From Adineta vaga (taxonomy: Eukaryota > Animalia > Rotifera), in contig CP075494.1 in assembly GCA_021613535.1 (NCBI GenBank), forward strand, positions 9,238,001 to 9,302,000: a stretch of 64,000 nucleotides of DNA. The letters are read 5' to 3'. Of the stretch, positions 36,659-50,800 are shown piece after piece. How positions within the stretch are numbered: position 1 is the first letter of the stretch; each line of letters begins with the position of its first letter. The position numbers and the translations under genes are program-made. Below the pieces are notes generated by a model, which had not been told where the DNA came from, did no database searches, and was given only the letters and a program-made list of their open reading frames with translations.

Positions 36659-39248
36659 TAATTAGGTTATATCTATGTTCATAGGTAATTCGAATCTAAA
36701 AGAATCATTTTGTCGTCGAAGTATTGTTATGCAAACGATAAGTAGGATGGAAAATATTTGTCAAGAGGAGATTTTTTTAAGAAAAAACAACAACAACAAG
36801 AGAGAAGAAAAAGCGAAGAAAGTATGTCTCTTTTACTCATCATAGATATATGATGTGCATCGCTATCCTGTCCTGATCTCCGGTCCCGGACAGAACGTCG
36901 ATTCCAATCCCATTAGTAAGGCGAACACTATGATTGCAATAGTCATATAATAACGATGACAAGAGAATAATAGCGATGACAATGATAAAAGGAAAAAAGT
37001 GCTCGAAGAAAAGAACTAAAGAAAGAGAGAGAGAGAGACGAACAGATTTCTTTACATGTTATTAGATAAAAATAGAAATTTAAATGTTAAATATTCAGCC
37101 CAATGTAATATATACCTCGACTAGATGTTACAAATTGAGAACATGATCTATTAAAATAGATCTCACTTAACAATGATATCCGAAGAGAAAAAACTTGAAT
37201 AATTACAATTTTATAGTTTGCATAAATACATAAATAATTCTCTATTACTATCACTTACGTCATCATCTTTCTTGTATAAATAGAATGTAATGAAAACTAC
37301 ATACATATCTAATCTTTTTCTCTATAAAACTCAAGGAATTATTCTGATGTCACACATTATCGATGGAACACTGTTCTTCTTCCTCGATTATTTCGAATGA
37401 TATATAGCATCAATTAAATAGAATTTCTAATTAGAAACAAAGACAAACTAATCTTTCTGTATTTATTGATTAGACTACGATAGATACCTTGTAGATAAAG
37501 ATGCCATTTTCCTAGTCAAGATGTTATGTCTACTTTCTCATGTCTCATTTAGCGATCTATTCCAATAACATACATGCATACATACACACAGCTGCTTTTC
37601 TCCTGCTTTCTTATTTCCATTTTGTCGTTGAACAAACAATGATATGATTCAAGAATAATGATGCATTCATATTACTGTAAATGACGCCTTTGGTTATGTA
37701 TAATGACTGTTAAGAGGCATATATGGATGTATTAGCACTATTCACAAATAAATCATGAAACTAAAGATACAATTGAAAATTCTATTGATAAGTAAATGTA
37801 TATATATATATATATTGAATCTATATCGATTGTGCTAATCATTTTATATGAAAATTTCAAATCTTGTTCTTCTCGTTAATATATATATATATAGCAGAGT
37901 TGATTCATTAGACTTTCTTGAAAGAAAACAATGACTAGAGAGGAAGATTCGATGAATAAAATAGTAACGACAGCTCGTCAAGAGCAATAGGACATCATAA
38001 TGCAAATGGAAATTCCGCTAATCTTGTCTATTTTTACAATCTATGTTTTACTTAATACGTGCGTAGGCTGTTCCGTGATGCGCGAAAAAAGAAAATACAA
38101 AAGATGAGTGCTTGTTTTCTATCATTATTCATTATCGTTTTTCTTGAATGTCATCGAGATAGATGACATTAGTCTAGAATCGAAATACTTTTTACATATG
38201 TAAAACTAACCTCAACTATCTGATTCGTCTAATTGATCATGCGATTGATTTCAATCTTATGGAATCATATTGACGAAAGCAAATGTATTCATCTGAACTT
38301 TTATGTAAAGACAGAATATTCACGCTATTGAATGAATAATTGATTGTATTTATAATCAAATAGTATAAGAAAGAAAAAAAAGAAAACAGGATTTTAGCTT
38401 ATGTTTCTCACGTGAAGAGATTAAGGTAAGAGATATCAGCTTAATATTAGTGTTGTAAAAAAGTAAATACTAAGACTTTTATAACAATCTCAATCGCTTG
38501 TCTCTAAGCTCAGATAAGTTCATATTCATTGGTTCAGACAGTTTAACAATGAGATCGATGTTCAACTATCATTTCTTTCCTCAGAAACACATTAACGATT
38601 CTTTATAGTATAACACTGACCTTGCATGGTATCTGAAGTTTACAATAAAAATGAAGTGTTTTGATTTTAGACGCTAAGTTAACATCGAGTTTATGTTACA
38701 AGCGAATGAATGAATGAATGAATGAAATTCTAGATTGACGATAATAAATCCTACCGAATGAATGAATACCTTTCAATATGTAGTAGACAATAATCGGAAA
38801 ATGTTTCGCGTGATGTCGGCAATTGCCACCTACTCTTTATAATTTACCAGCCTTATGAACAAGTATTCATAGAATTAGATTGAATTCAACTCGCGGAAGG
38901 AAATGAATCGGAATGAGAAAATGTCTAACGTTGCATTGAAATTAGATCAGTTCAAAAAACGATTTTTGTTCGTTAAGATGCATTTTAAGAAACAAAAATT
39001 ATGCATTCATATTCGGTTGTTGACTATCCATCTGAAAAGTTTAATCAATATACGTATTCACTATTTAATAACAAGGTATGAATCATTAATCATATTTGTA
39101 TATGTTCCAGTTTTGTTTGATCAGTCATATATTCAAAGATGAATGACATATTTTTTTCTTTATTGACTGAAAAGAAAAATGATTCTCAAGTATAAAAACA
39201 AGCTCGTATTTATTTCGATTTCCATGTTTAAAAATACAAAATCAAGGT

Positions 39249-40531
39249 ATGAAGGTGTATCGAATATTATGTACTGTTATTCTTCTGAGTGGATGTCAAG
39301 GACTTTTCAGTGGTACATCATTACAAGATTATATTGAGAGTTTCGTTGATGCAGCGAAATTTAAGATTGAAGGAAAATTGAATATGAATGATTCGAGTAT
39401 TAGTCAAATTTGGTCTTTTTTTAAATCAAAATATGGTCGAGTTTATTCATCGATGGGTTCGTAACATAAAAATTGAATGAATATTTGAAATGAATTATTT
39501 TTTTAGACGAAGAAAAAGAACGTCTTCGTATATTTCGTGATCATCTTCGTTATGTTATTGAATCAAATCTAGAACGATTACGTACATATGAATTAGAATT
39601 AAATGAATTTGCTGATTGGACATCAGAAGAATTTAATTCATTAAAGAAAGGTTTGATTATTTCAACAAGCTTACAACGTGAAATTGTCGATGATGAAAAT
39701 GATTCTGTTCGACGAAGTTTAACAAAACTCTATCAACATCATTATCATCTCAAACGAGTGAAACGAAATCTTGATAGGAAACGAATGAACAACAAGCGTT
39801 TTCTTCTTGATTGGTTTCGAAATATATTTCATCCGAAAAATAAACCAGGTCAATTCAATGATTTATTCGATTGGCGTACGAAAAGTGTTGTTAGTAGTGT
39901 TAAAACTCAAATGAAATGTGGATGTTGTTATGCATTTGCGACAGCTACAATTATGGAAACACTCTATGCAATCAAAACCAATTCAACAAATATAATCGAT
40001 TTTAGTGCCCAACAGATAACCGATTGTTCAAGTAATGGAAATAATGGTTGTCAGGGAGGAAATTTTCCATCAAGTGTTCGTTATTTGTTAGAACAAGGTA
40101 GTAAAATAGCAACAGAAACATCATATCCTTTTGCAGGAAAAAAACAAGCTTGTAAAACAAATGATCTGAATCAAATTCATCTTGGAAATATTGAATATGG
40201 TGCAATTCCTGAAGGTGATGAAAAGAGTATGAGTGAAGCATTAATTAACTATGGACCAATATTTATTGGACTTGATGCTGAATCTCGACGTTTTATGTTT
40301 TATAAATCAGGCGTACTGCAAATACAAAATTGTCCAACTCGTCAACAAGATATGGATCATGCCATGGTGATTGTTGGTTATGGTTATGACAATGTTCTTA
40401 AAATTCCTTATTGGATTATAAAAAATTCTTGGGGAACAAAATGGGGTGAACATGGATATTTACGATTAGCAAAAGATAATGGTAATATGTGTGGAGTCGC
40501 ATCTATGGCTTATTATGGTAAATTAATGTAG
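39249..40531 (+). CDS. Cathepsin L-like papain-family (C1A) cysteine protease with I29 prodomain; 1 intron
   Basis: Signal peptide, prodomain LNEFADW, FDWR, QMKCGCCYAF (catalytic Cys), MDHAM (His), IKNSWG (Asn). Confidence 0.92.
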
Positions 40532-40603
40532 ATGAAACTGCCTTTTTCTCTAAATTCTTGTATGAAGATTTTATTTAAAAAAATGAATGAATAACATAGA
40601 AGT

Positions 40604-42129
40604 TTATGATGATGATGGTTTGTTTTGATCGGAATCTAGAAATAGAAACATAAATAGATGATGCAGAGAATTTCTTTTTGTTTTATACACACTTGGTGTG
40701 TTATTATTGTTGTTATTTGATGGTGGCTGATTTCCAATATTGCGACGAAGACTTTCAATCAAATCAGGATTGGTAGCGGATAGCTCACTTGCCATACGTT
40801 GACCTCTATAAGAAGAAGAAGAAGAAGAAAACCCAAAAAACATGAAGGAACGAAGATAACAATGTTGAATCTTACGTTTGTAATAACGTTTCTAAACCAA
40901 CCTGACCTCCTTCTTGTCCACCTAAGTTAGTAACTAAATTAGCCATTCTAGCAAATCAAAGATAAGAATAAGAACTAGTATTTCAAAATCTATTACAATC
41001 CTTGAACTTGTGGATTTTGAACAAATTGTGATGCCTAAATGTAAGAATTCATTCCGGGATCATTCAGTTCAAATAACAAACCATATTCATTAGAGCTGGA
41101 TTATTAAAAAGTGACATCATATCAGGTGTACCTCCTCCTGCACCACCTAATAATGAACTAAACATGGGTGGTAGATTGAAACCCTACAAATATATAGAGA
41201 GAAATTTCATATATAGACGAAGGATCTGATATTTTAATCTTACACCAGCTGCTGCTGCTGCAGAAGCACCAGGATTGTTTGCTCCATTCAAGCGATCTTC
41301 ACAAAGTTTAATCGATTGTTTATAATTCTCATTAGTTGATTCAAGTGCATGCGCTTGTTTATAAGCATCTAATGCTTCATGGACTTTGTCCAATGATAAA
41401 TAGATCACACTTAAATAAAGTATATTTATCTTACAAGAAGAAGAAAGTCAATGAAAAGTACCCAAGTCTTCCATAAGCTTTGCTATAGTTTGGATCAATT
41501 TCAATTGATCGAAAACAATCATTCAGTGCTTGTTCATTATTGTTTAATTTATTATGAGCAGCCGCTCTAAAGAACAGAAAAGAAAAATCTATCATTTGTT
41601 TCATAGACAAACGAATAATAACTTGCCGATTGCAATAATAAATGGTATTATTTGGATCAATTTGTATTGCTGAATTATATGCATCAAGTGCTTCTTTATA
41701 TTTCTCTTGTTTAACAAAATCATTCCCTTGATTTTTAAATTTATCCGCTTGTTGTCTCATATCATCGGTTAATGGCACGTTCATTGACTTGAAAGAAAAC
41801 AATTCCCTAAGGAATTACAAAACTATTATCTAAATGCGTTTTCTTACTGTTTTATTTGACACAAGAGACAAAAGATCAATTGGTTCACTGCGATTTAAAT
41901 CATTTGGTGGATTTGCAAGCGATACCTCAAATGCTGTTTCAATGCATTGCACGGCAACTATGAGAAAAAAGGAAATGATTTTTTTGAATAAAAGAAAATA
42001 TGTTGATTAAACTTTACCTTCGATACTTTCACGTCGCTCACCATTAACTGATTCACTTTGAATTTCTTTATCAAGAAATTTCAAAATGGAAAAAATTAAA
42101 CGTTGTTTTGCAAGCTGTTCTTGGGCCAT
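40604..42129 (-). CDS. SGTA: Small glutamine-rich TPR co-chaperone SGT
   Basis: N-terminal dimerisation domain (ESIE|VAVQCIETAF), TPRs ADKFKNQGN...YYCNRAAA...DPNYSKAYGRLG, C-terminal NPDLIESLR. Confidence 0.92.
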
Positions 42130-42287
42130 CACACTCACTGTCGACACAAATAAATTAAAAAAAGAATCAAATGATTCATGCACAAATTTTATTGGTGTTC
42201 GTTCTCGCCATTGTATTTTACTTTCTGCCTTCGAACGCAAAGAATGAAACTTTCTCCTTTATCTTATCGTTATCGATCGCGTGCGTG

Positions 42288-42619
42288 ATGACGAAGAGGA
42301 AACGTCAGCCGCAACAGCAACAGACAAAACGTCGAACTTCAAATAAATCTTCACGTTCATCTCGAATAGTAACAAAAGATTTTCAAATATTTGTAACTGA
42401 TTTTTTGACAAATCCATGTGGTTTACCTATGGAATTGAAAGATTGTGTTTTAATCGATGGAACATTACCGCTCAATGACAATTTAGGTAACTTTCAATTC
42501 TAATCTTTGAAAATATAATATTTTTCTTTAATTTAGATAATTGCTCATTGAATGATACTCAAGTTTTGAAAAATATCTTTTCTAATTTATTAGATAATGA
42601 TGATAAAAAACTCGAATAA
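42288..42619 (+). CDS. Small uncharacterised protein with basic N-terminus, 2 exons
   Basis: MTKRKRQPQQQQTKRR... joined by a GT-AG intron to an exon ending DDKKLE*; head-to-head with SGTA. Confidence 0.4.
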
Positions 42620-43139
42620 ATGTAAATTTTTCATTTTACAGTATGTAAAGAAAGTGAAATCGATGATTTTCTTTTAACGAAATATATTGAATGATCTGTT
42701 TGTACTTGTAAAAATTTTTGGATTTGAAATAAAATATTTATCGATATAGATTGTATGAATTCGTATTGAAATAAAACGTTCGCAGCATAGGAGGAATACT
42801 TGATTAAAATCACTAAAAATGACCGCAATCCTATACAGTTGTACTTATGGCCTACACATTTCTCGTGGCTAGTTCTCCTAACATTGCCTAAATTGTATAT
42901 TTTTTCATTACGTTCTAAAATATAGTTTCCTTTCAATACGAATATTTTCTCATCGTAATATGCATGACTTTTGCGTCACAGCCTATGGTAACAAGACTGG
43001 TTAACAATTAGTGTTATTTTTTTAATGTTCCACTTGTTGATGTCACACATCTAATTTGAATCTTTTTGAAACTTACGTATACATATATATATATATATAT
43101 TAGACTTCCACCGTCTAGCACTCATTTTCAACTACTATA

Positions 43140-44178
43140 ATGGGTTTAGAATGCACCTCATGTAGTTTGCATATTTCTCCAACATCAAGAATGTATAAGT
43201 GTTTACAATGTACTAATCATGTCATTTGTACATCATGTTTTCATAAGATACATAATCGTGCTAGCACGCCCTTTCATACAATGCTTAAAGTAAGAATTAC
43301 AAGTATTAATCATGTCAAAGACATATTTTTATTTCTTTTCTTTTCTTTTCTCTTTTTTTTATAAAGATCGATCCCGTGGTCCACTTAGTAGTACCAAAGT
43401 CTTATGCAGTAGTAGAACCAAAAAGGAAAGTTATGTCATATGATCTTCCGGTAAATCTTCTCATATAAATGCTGATCATTGTATTTCCTTTTTTAAATTA
43501 TAGACTACGTCAACAATATTTACAAGTCGAGATTATTTAACACAATTTTTAGGCTATTGCAATCATTGCTTGAAAGTTATTGTTGGTAATAAAGACGAAA
43601 TTTATACGTGTAATCAATGCACAAACGATACGTTTAATGTTTGCAAGCAATGTATGCCATCAATGACGAAATATCATACACCAACGCATACGTTTTCCAA
43701 GAAAATCACTAATAGTGAACTTGTACAACTTGCTAGCAATTTAAATCATTTAAATACTAAATGTAATTCTTGTCTACAAAAAAATTTCAAAGGTATTCGT
43801 TATCATACAAAATCATCAGATCTTCCTGGTGATGTTTGTCAACATTGTGTGGAAAAAACTTACAAACAACAGCCAATTAAAATTATTCCGCATCCATTTT
43901 TATTAGCTACGAATAAATATTCATTAGCTAAACGTGCTATTAAAGTTATCGATCAATATTCTCATCCATCTGATCCATTAACGGGATGGACACGATCTGA
44001 TGCTGAAACAATTATCGAAAAATCACTTCGTGAACAAACATCTTATCGAAAATATTTATCAGAGATTTTGGCTAAAAGAGAAGCTTTGACAAATCATGAA
44101 ACAGATCTCGACTGGAAGACAGCAAAATTCGGTTTGGATTTAATGAGTCACATGGGTGATTCTCGTGTTATCTATTAA
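43140..44178 (+). CDS. Multi-ZZ-type zinc-finger protein
   Basis: CTSC...MYKCLQCTNHVICTSCF...H..H; CNHC...YTCNQC...VCKQC...HTPTH; a degenerate third copy HLNTKCNSC...FKGIRY. Confidence 0.7.
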
Positions 44179-44807
44179 AGATCGTATTAAAAGCATCTAA
44201 CTATATTTTAATCTATTAAGCTTTTTAACCTTTGTCATAGTTTTAAACAATAGTTTCCTTAAAAATCAATCAATAAATATCAATATTTTCCCTCTATTTC
44301 GTTCCACTTACAATATATATCATGATATTTTCTTGTTTTTGTTAATTAATAAGTGCATACAAAAACCAGGTCACGAACTGATTGATATCTATATCGATAC
44401 AGAATATCAAATGAAATATATTTTTGGCCGATATTGTTTTCCAAAGTGGTTTTGCTTGAATGAATTCGATTCAATATTCATAGGTTTTAAAAATCTGTGA
44501 AACCAACAATTATATATTATAAATAGACATCTCAGAAATCCACACCCACACCCTCAAGATGGATTTTAACTTCCATTTATTTTCAATTGATCAAAACTTG
44601 ATTATAAATCACGATAATAAATAAAAGTATGTCTTCTTGAATAATTTATTTATATATTTACAAACTACACTAAAGTAGGGCACGCTTTGCTTCTCGTTCG
44701 ATTTATTACAAAAGTCAAAAGGTATAACAGTTACTGTCACAATTACAGACACTGTAGATTTACGACGCATAAGAAAGACTAGATAGTAGAGTTGTTTTTC
44801 TGTTCAG

Positions 44808-47800
44808 TTAATTATTTGTATCCGTATTTCGTTGCTTTTCAGTCATTTTTTGATTCGCTAAATTATTTGATTCGTTCCAAAAATTTACTAGCCGATCTCT
44901 ATCATTAGCACAAAATGCTCGAAAATCAGCTAACATTATATCTTGATATTTTTCTTCTCCTGTTTGAGTACTTCGCCATTTTTTTCCAAGACAAAAATTC
45001 CAACACCAATAAAAACCACAATCAAGTGGTGATAATTGACTATCAACAGTTGTTCCTATTGATGCCACACGTGTTGGTCGATTATTGTAATGAACATTAT
45101 AGACATCAGAAATAATGTAAACTAACATTCCGCCACTGATATGAACATAATAGATTTTTTCATCTTTATAACTAATACAAGCATTCAAAATAAAACCGTA
45201 ACTAAAATCAAACGAAGCAAATGAAGTGAATTATGTAGAAACGAATTTTAACAAACCGTTTTAAGATCAGTTCTTGAAAGATATTTATTCGAAGAATTTG
45301 TTTATCTTTTGGAAGATGAACGAGTTTATCAGTAAGACATGACGAGTCAATTTTAATGTAAATAGGACCTAGGAAAAAACATACCGTTAGCAGATCTGAC
45401 TTGTTAATCAATAATTTTCATTTACCTCGAAGTGCATCAAATTCTGCAAAAGGATCACATGGAATTGGTACAAGATGAAAAGCTACTTGATTTGATCCAA
45501 GTATGGTTCCTGTACGTTGTGACCATTGCATAATTAAATCGCCTAATATACATGAAGTTGCAACAAGCCATCGAATTTCTAATTCAAATAGACAATGTGG
45601 ATTATAAAATGAATGATAATGTGCTGTTGCCCATTCACGTCTATCCGATATGTGTTTAGGATCAACATCAACATTACAGTCACGTTTGAGCACAATCAAT
45701 GGTTCTTCTGGATCGGTTTTAGATGGATTTATTTGAGATGAAAGATTTATAACATCGCCTGTCGATCGTGCTGGTCGAGGTTTTGATTGTGGATTATCGA
45801 TTAATTTCGGTAATAAACGCATTGGTTTACATTCACCAAAACCTAAATAGTCCATTGATGGAATGAATGATTGAGTTTGATGAAATTCCACTTCGGCATA
45901 ATCATTGGAATCGAGACGAACTAAATATTATTTGGAAATAAGAAGATGAAAAACACAAAACAAATGTCTATTTACAATTATCGGTTGTTTCTGTAACAAT
46001 ATAATAGAGAAAAAATCCAAAACGAAAAGTTTTTTCTGTATTTGTACAATGTTGAATATATTTGTTACTAAATAAGAACTAAAGAAAAACAATGATCCTT
46101 ATTTCACATTGATTCTTATGTTGATTTCTTTACTTCGAACAGACTTAGAGCTGTTTCTTCATTTGGAATATCTGTACTATGTTCAATTGACCACCAAATT
46201 GCTTCAATAGCAATGAATGTATATTCTGGTAGAACAGCATCTTTGACGTATAAGAGACCTTGATGTTCATCTCGAAATAAATTTAAAAGATTTTTTATTT
46301 CAACCACATCACCGGATAAAATAGTTTTTAATTGAAATGTTTGAATTGGTTTTCTAAAAAACTGTCGAAAATAGAAGGAGAATATCTATGATAGAAATCG
46401 TACGTTGTTTTTCCTTGACGTTTAACAGTTTCCGTACGTTTTTTGCCTGTAATTGGATCGAGAGGCTAGAAATATAAATAAGAAACTTTCGTTACATATA
46501 AAATCATGAACTTACACGATGAATACATTCATTTGATCCAATAGGTAAACGAATGAGTTTATTGAGCATAAATAAAAATCGAACAAAATGTTCGACATAA
46601 AGAAAAAAATCTTCATGAGACATTTCTTCTCGACTATCACATTTGGTTTGACCAGATTCAATATTTTTGATTGTATAATCGCGTGAAACAGGCATAAGAA
46701 CAAGACGTGTATGCCAATATTTTACTAACTAAAAAAAACGTATTACATATTATTGTTATTTGAACATATAAAGTTTGTACATACATCTGATAGTTTATGA
46801 TCGCCAGTACCATGATTTACAACGATGTTATCTACTGAATTCCATGGAAAAGATTCTATATTATCAAGTTGTAATTGATACTGTGCTAGATCATAATCAG
46901 AAGAATCTGGACATTGAAAACGATATTTATAATCGACTGATTTAGGTAGAAGTATATGTCTAAATTATTTTCAAATGAATTATTGAAAAATGATTTTTAG
47001 AATATTTCTTACTGAGGTTTATGCTGTTGAACATAGACAACGACTGTATCCTGAGATTGAGCATCTTCTATAACAATACTTAGTGTATGATATATTCGAC
47101 CAATACTTAATAAACGATTATATTCTGTTTCTTGAAAACCAGCACGTCGAATCGTATCAATCATTTTTGTACGAATATGTCCTGGAATTTCTACAATCAT
47201 TTGAAAACCCTTTAATGAAACAGATTATAATCAAAGAAAACAGGAATTCAATGACTTGCTTGTGATAATCGTTGATCGATTAATTCATCAAAAGTAATTC
47301 TTCGTCTTTCCATAGTATCATCACTAAAAGAAGGATTCTTAAGATGAAAAAAGTTTTGAAGAAAGTATGAGAAGAATCTTACGATGTTGCTTTGTCTTGA
47401 TTATTATTGCCATTGAGGAGATATTTTTTCTTTCGATCATATTCATGTTGTGATGGAAGAGCACGAATAAGTGTATAAGCATTATGTATATAATCACGAT
47501 TTAATTCTTCAGCAGAGGGTGCAACATCAAAGGTTGTTGGAAGAGATGCGGGAATCGTCAGTGATTTCCAATCGATACCTGTAATCATCGATGCACTCCA
47601 TGGTTCAACACCAGTAGGTCCCCAAATAATTGCTTCTTTCTTTTCTCCTGAAAATATCCCAATTCGAGGGAAAACAAAAGAGAAAATAAAATGTGCAAAC
47701 TTTTTGATGACGATGATTTGGTCGCTCCATCAGGATTAGATTTTTTTGAATTACTACTACTACTACTAAAACTCAAACGCATGTCATCAGTAACACTATC

Positions 47801-50800
47801 TTTACGTTCAGATGCTTCACGTTTTAGTTCATAATTCGATGGACTAAGAATTCTAAAATGAAAATAAATTAATATGATCAATATCTAGATAAGTAAATCT
47901 CTTGGTTTACCGTTTATTTCGAGACGATGAATCAGTATGTAATTTTGCATGATGACGTGTTCGCTTTGATATAAGTCCATTAAGGATTCTTTTCGACGTA
48001 CCCGGAAGTACAAGATGTGCAGAGGTAGTTAGTCCCACAGTTAATTCTTCTTTTGTTGCACCTTCCGTTTGACGTAAATGATGAAAATGCCATGGTAAAT
48101 TATTTGGACCTACAGAATCATTCGAATAAATCATTATTTTTCATTGATAAATAGTTTTATTTTACCCATAGGAAATGTGTGTGCCCATCGTCGTCGTCCA
48201 GGCACCATTGGTATTCGTATACTAGCTGGTGCAAATGGATTAGTCAATGCTTTAGGTCGTGCTTGTAGCCGAGCAAAAAGATTCGATACTAAAAAATATG
48301 TTTCAGCACTTTGTGCAGCACGAGATGAACTGAGTGGATTATAAAATAAAAGTTGTGCTGATTGATTATATGGTTGATGAAATTGAATGTTATTTATAAT
48401 ACTCGACGGTGCACCGGCATGTGATGTTGAAAGGATCATATCATCTTTTATATTAGCATTAAAATAACGATATTCATCATGAACTACGGACATTGAGTGA
48501 TTTTTGCCATTGACAATAACTAATCCGTTTGATTCCGGTTCACATTCCTCTTCTTCAATTGCGGCTTGAACTAAAATAAGAAGAAAAATTAATTTCGATC
48601 GATTTTCAAAGTTTTCGAGTATTGAAATAATAATAGAAACTTTTTTTTATCAAGTGGTATACGTGTCATTTGTAGATTTCAGTTTGGATTTTTATAAAGA
48701 TTACGATTATAATTATGTTCTTACAATTATCTAAAATAGTATTTTAAGTATACTTACATCTAGGACCTTCAGTAATATATCGTCTCCGTGGTAATCTTGA
48801 CTCATTCTTGACAGTTCTTTCTGTATAATTATCCTTTGTTGATCTGTAGAAAAAAGTAAAGGGTTTTGCTTTTGTTAAATGATTTATTTTTCTAAGATCA
48901 ATTACGTTTTTGATTGTGTACGAAATACTTGAGCATCATATTCTTCCATAGAGACATGTAATGGTTTCATAAAAGGTTCTTCAGCAATTGAATTCATCAC
49001 ATATTTCACCTCTACGGTATGAAAGAATGAACGAAAATAAAACAAATAGGAATGACTCTACCTAACATTCCACTTTTAATTCGACTTGTAGCAAACTGTA
49101 AACGTGGAATGAAATGTTGAAAACTTGATGGTGTTGTCGAATTATGGTAATAACTACAAAATCATTAGAAGATTTCAACAATTTCTGTAAGAGAAAAAAA
49201 CGTCCCAACAAACCTTAAATTCATCCAGTGTGGTATTTGATAATCATCTGCTGCATTTGGATTTTCTTTAGAGAATTTAAAAAGTGGTACAGCAAACAAT
49301 GGTTGTTCACCTAAACACACGAGATCACTACCAATACCATTATCCAACACACGTTGTTTGGTCATATTGGCCAGTTCACGTTCTACCTCAAACACACCTG
49401 CACCAGGAGTTATCACTAAAGACATCTGTCCAAGACGGTCAAAGGGTCGATCAATAAAATGACGTTCGAATACTGAAAAGAAACGGTTCATCCATTCAAA
49501 TAACTTTGATTACACTCAGCTTCAATACAAACCGCTCGATGATAAATTTAATGTTTCAAGAAAATTTCCATCTGCTGCACACGATATTGTTCCATTGGGC
49601 ATCTTTTCGGCTTCTGATTTTGGTGATTGTTTTTTATGATAAGTGAGAAGATCTTCTTTATAATTTACAAGAACTTGTTTTATTTTAGCTAAACGAGGTA
49701 ACCAATCATCATAACGTTCATTTTGATAGATTACACTAAACAAGATACAATAGTTTTATCATTCAATTATGAAACATTTAGAGAATGAAGAAGTGATTTC
49801 AAAAGTCATCGTCTTCATTTCTAAGTTGAATTTTCTTCATTTTCAAGATAGATTCATGATCAAACTTCTTAATTTCGATTTTATTTATCGAGTTTTTTTG
49901 GTATCCAAACCTATAAACATTGCCATTACATCGATATATACGCTTGATCTTGAACAGATATTTAATAAAACGAGATAATGGTAGAACGACTTCAAGAAAA
50001 ACTAGTCGTCGTGGACAAATCATATTATATAATTCATCAGTTAGAGAGATGTATGCAATTTCCCATGAAAAAAGAAAAGTAATGACCTATTTCAGACAGA
50101 TTTATCTTTGTCAAGGGATCAAATCGGAACAGATACACTGACGTTATCTTAATGGCGTACGTGATAATGCAAATCAAACCAAACTCTTAATCATCGAGGA
50201 AATATGGATGCATATAAAAAGTACTGGAATGCAAAAGAGTTTTATTGTCATTTCTTTGTCTATCGTATACTTCTCATATTCAACATATCTTACATTGCAA
50301 AACGTATCACTTGAAATAAAAAACAAATCCGAATGATGGGGATTTCCACATAGATTTACAACAGAAAGAATGTCTGCTGTCGAAATATGCAAAGAGGTTA
50401 TCACGATCATGGGAGAAAAAGAAACGTTTAAATATTGAATATAATTTCTTGTTTTGACAAAAGTTAAAGTGAAATAATTACAATTCGTTTTACTTTCATC
50501 TTTCTTATCAATAGATAAGCGAATATATTTACCGATAGAAATCTTCATAAAATCGTCCTCGATGATCTCTATTAATATTTTGTTGTAAACTTTTTGGAAA
50601 ATCTTCTAAAGATTTAGCATCATAGAAAACTCGTGAGAATAGAGTCATTGTCACATCATGTTGACAGCTCATCGACTAGAAATAGAAACTCCAATTCATA
50701 AATTTTCTCGTACACTATCATCTTTAACTCACCTTCCATCGAGTGAATAAATCAAAAAGAAAACCATCAACAGCTTTTTCATAATATGTATCACCATGGT

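Noticed and set aside
38704-38724. (GAAT)n and other (TA)n/(GA)n microsatellites
   Set aside because: Short, ordinary simple repeats.
49740-50530. Short ORFs in the ~800-nt DEPDC5 intron as a nested gene or transposase relic
   Set aside because: Fragmented, with no convincing catalytic motif, TIR or TSD recognisable by eye.
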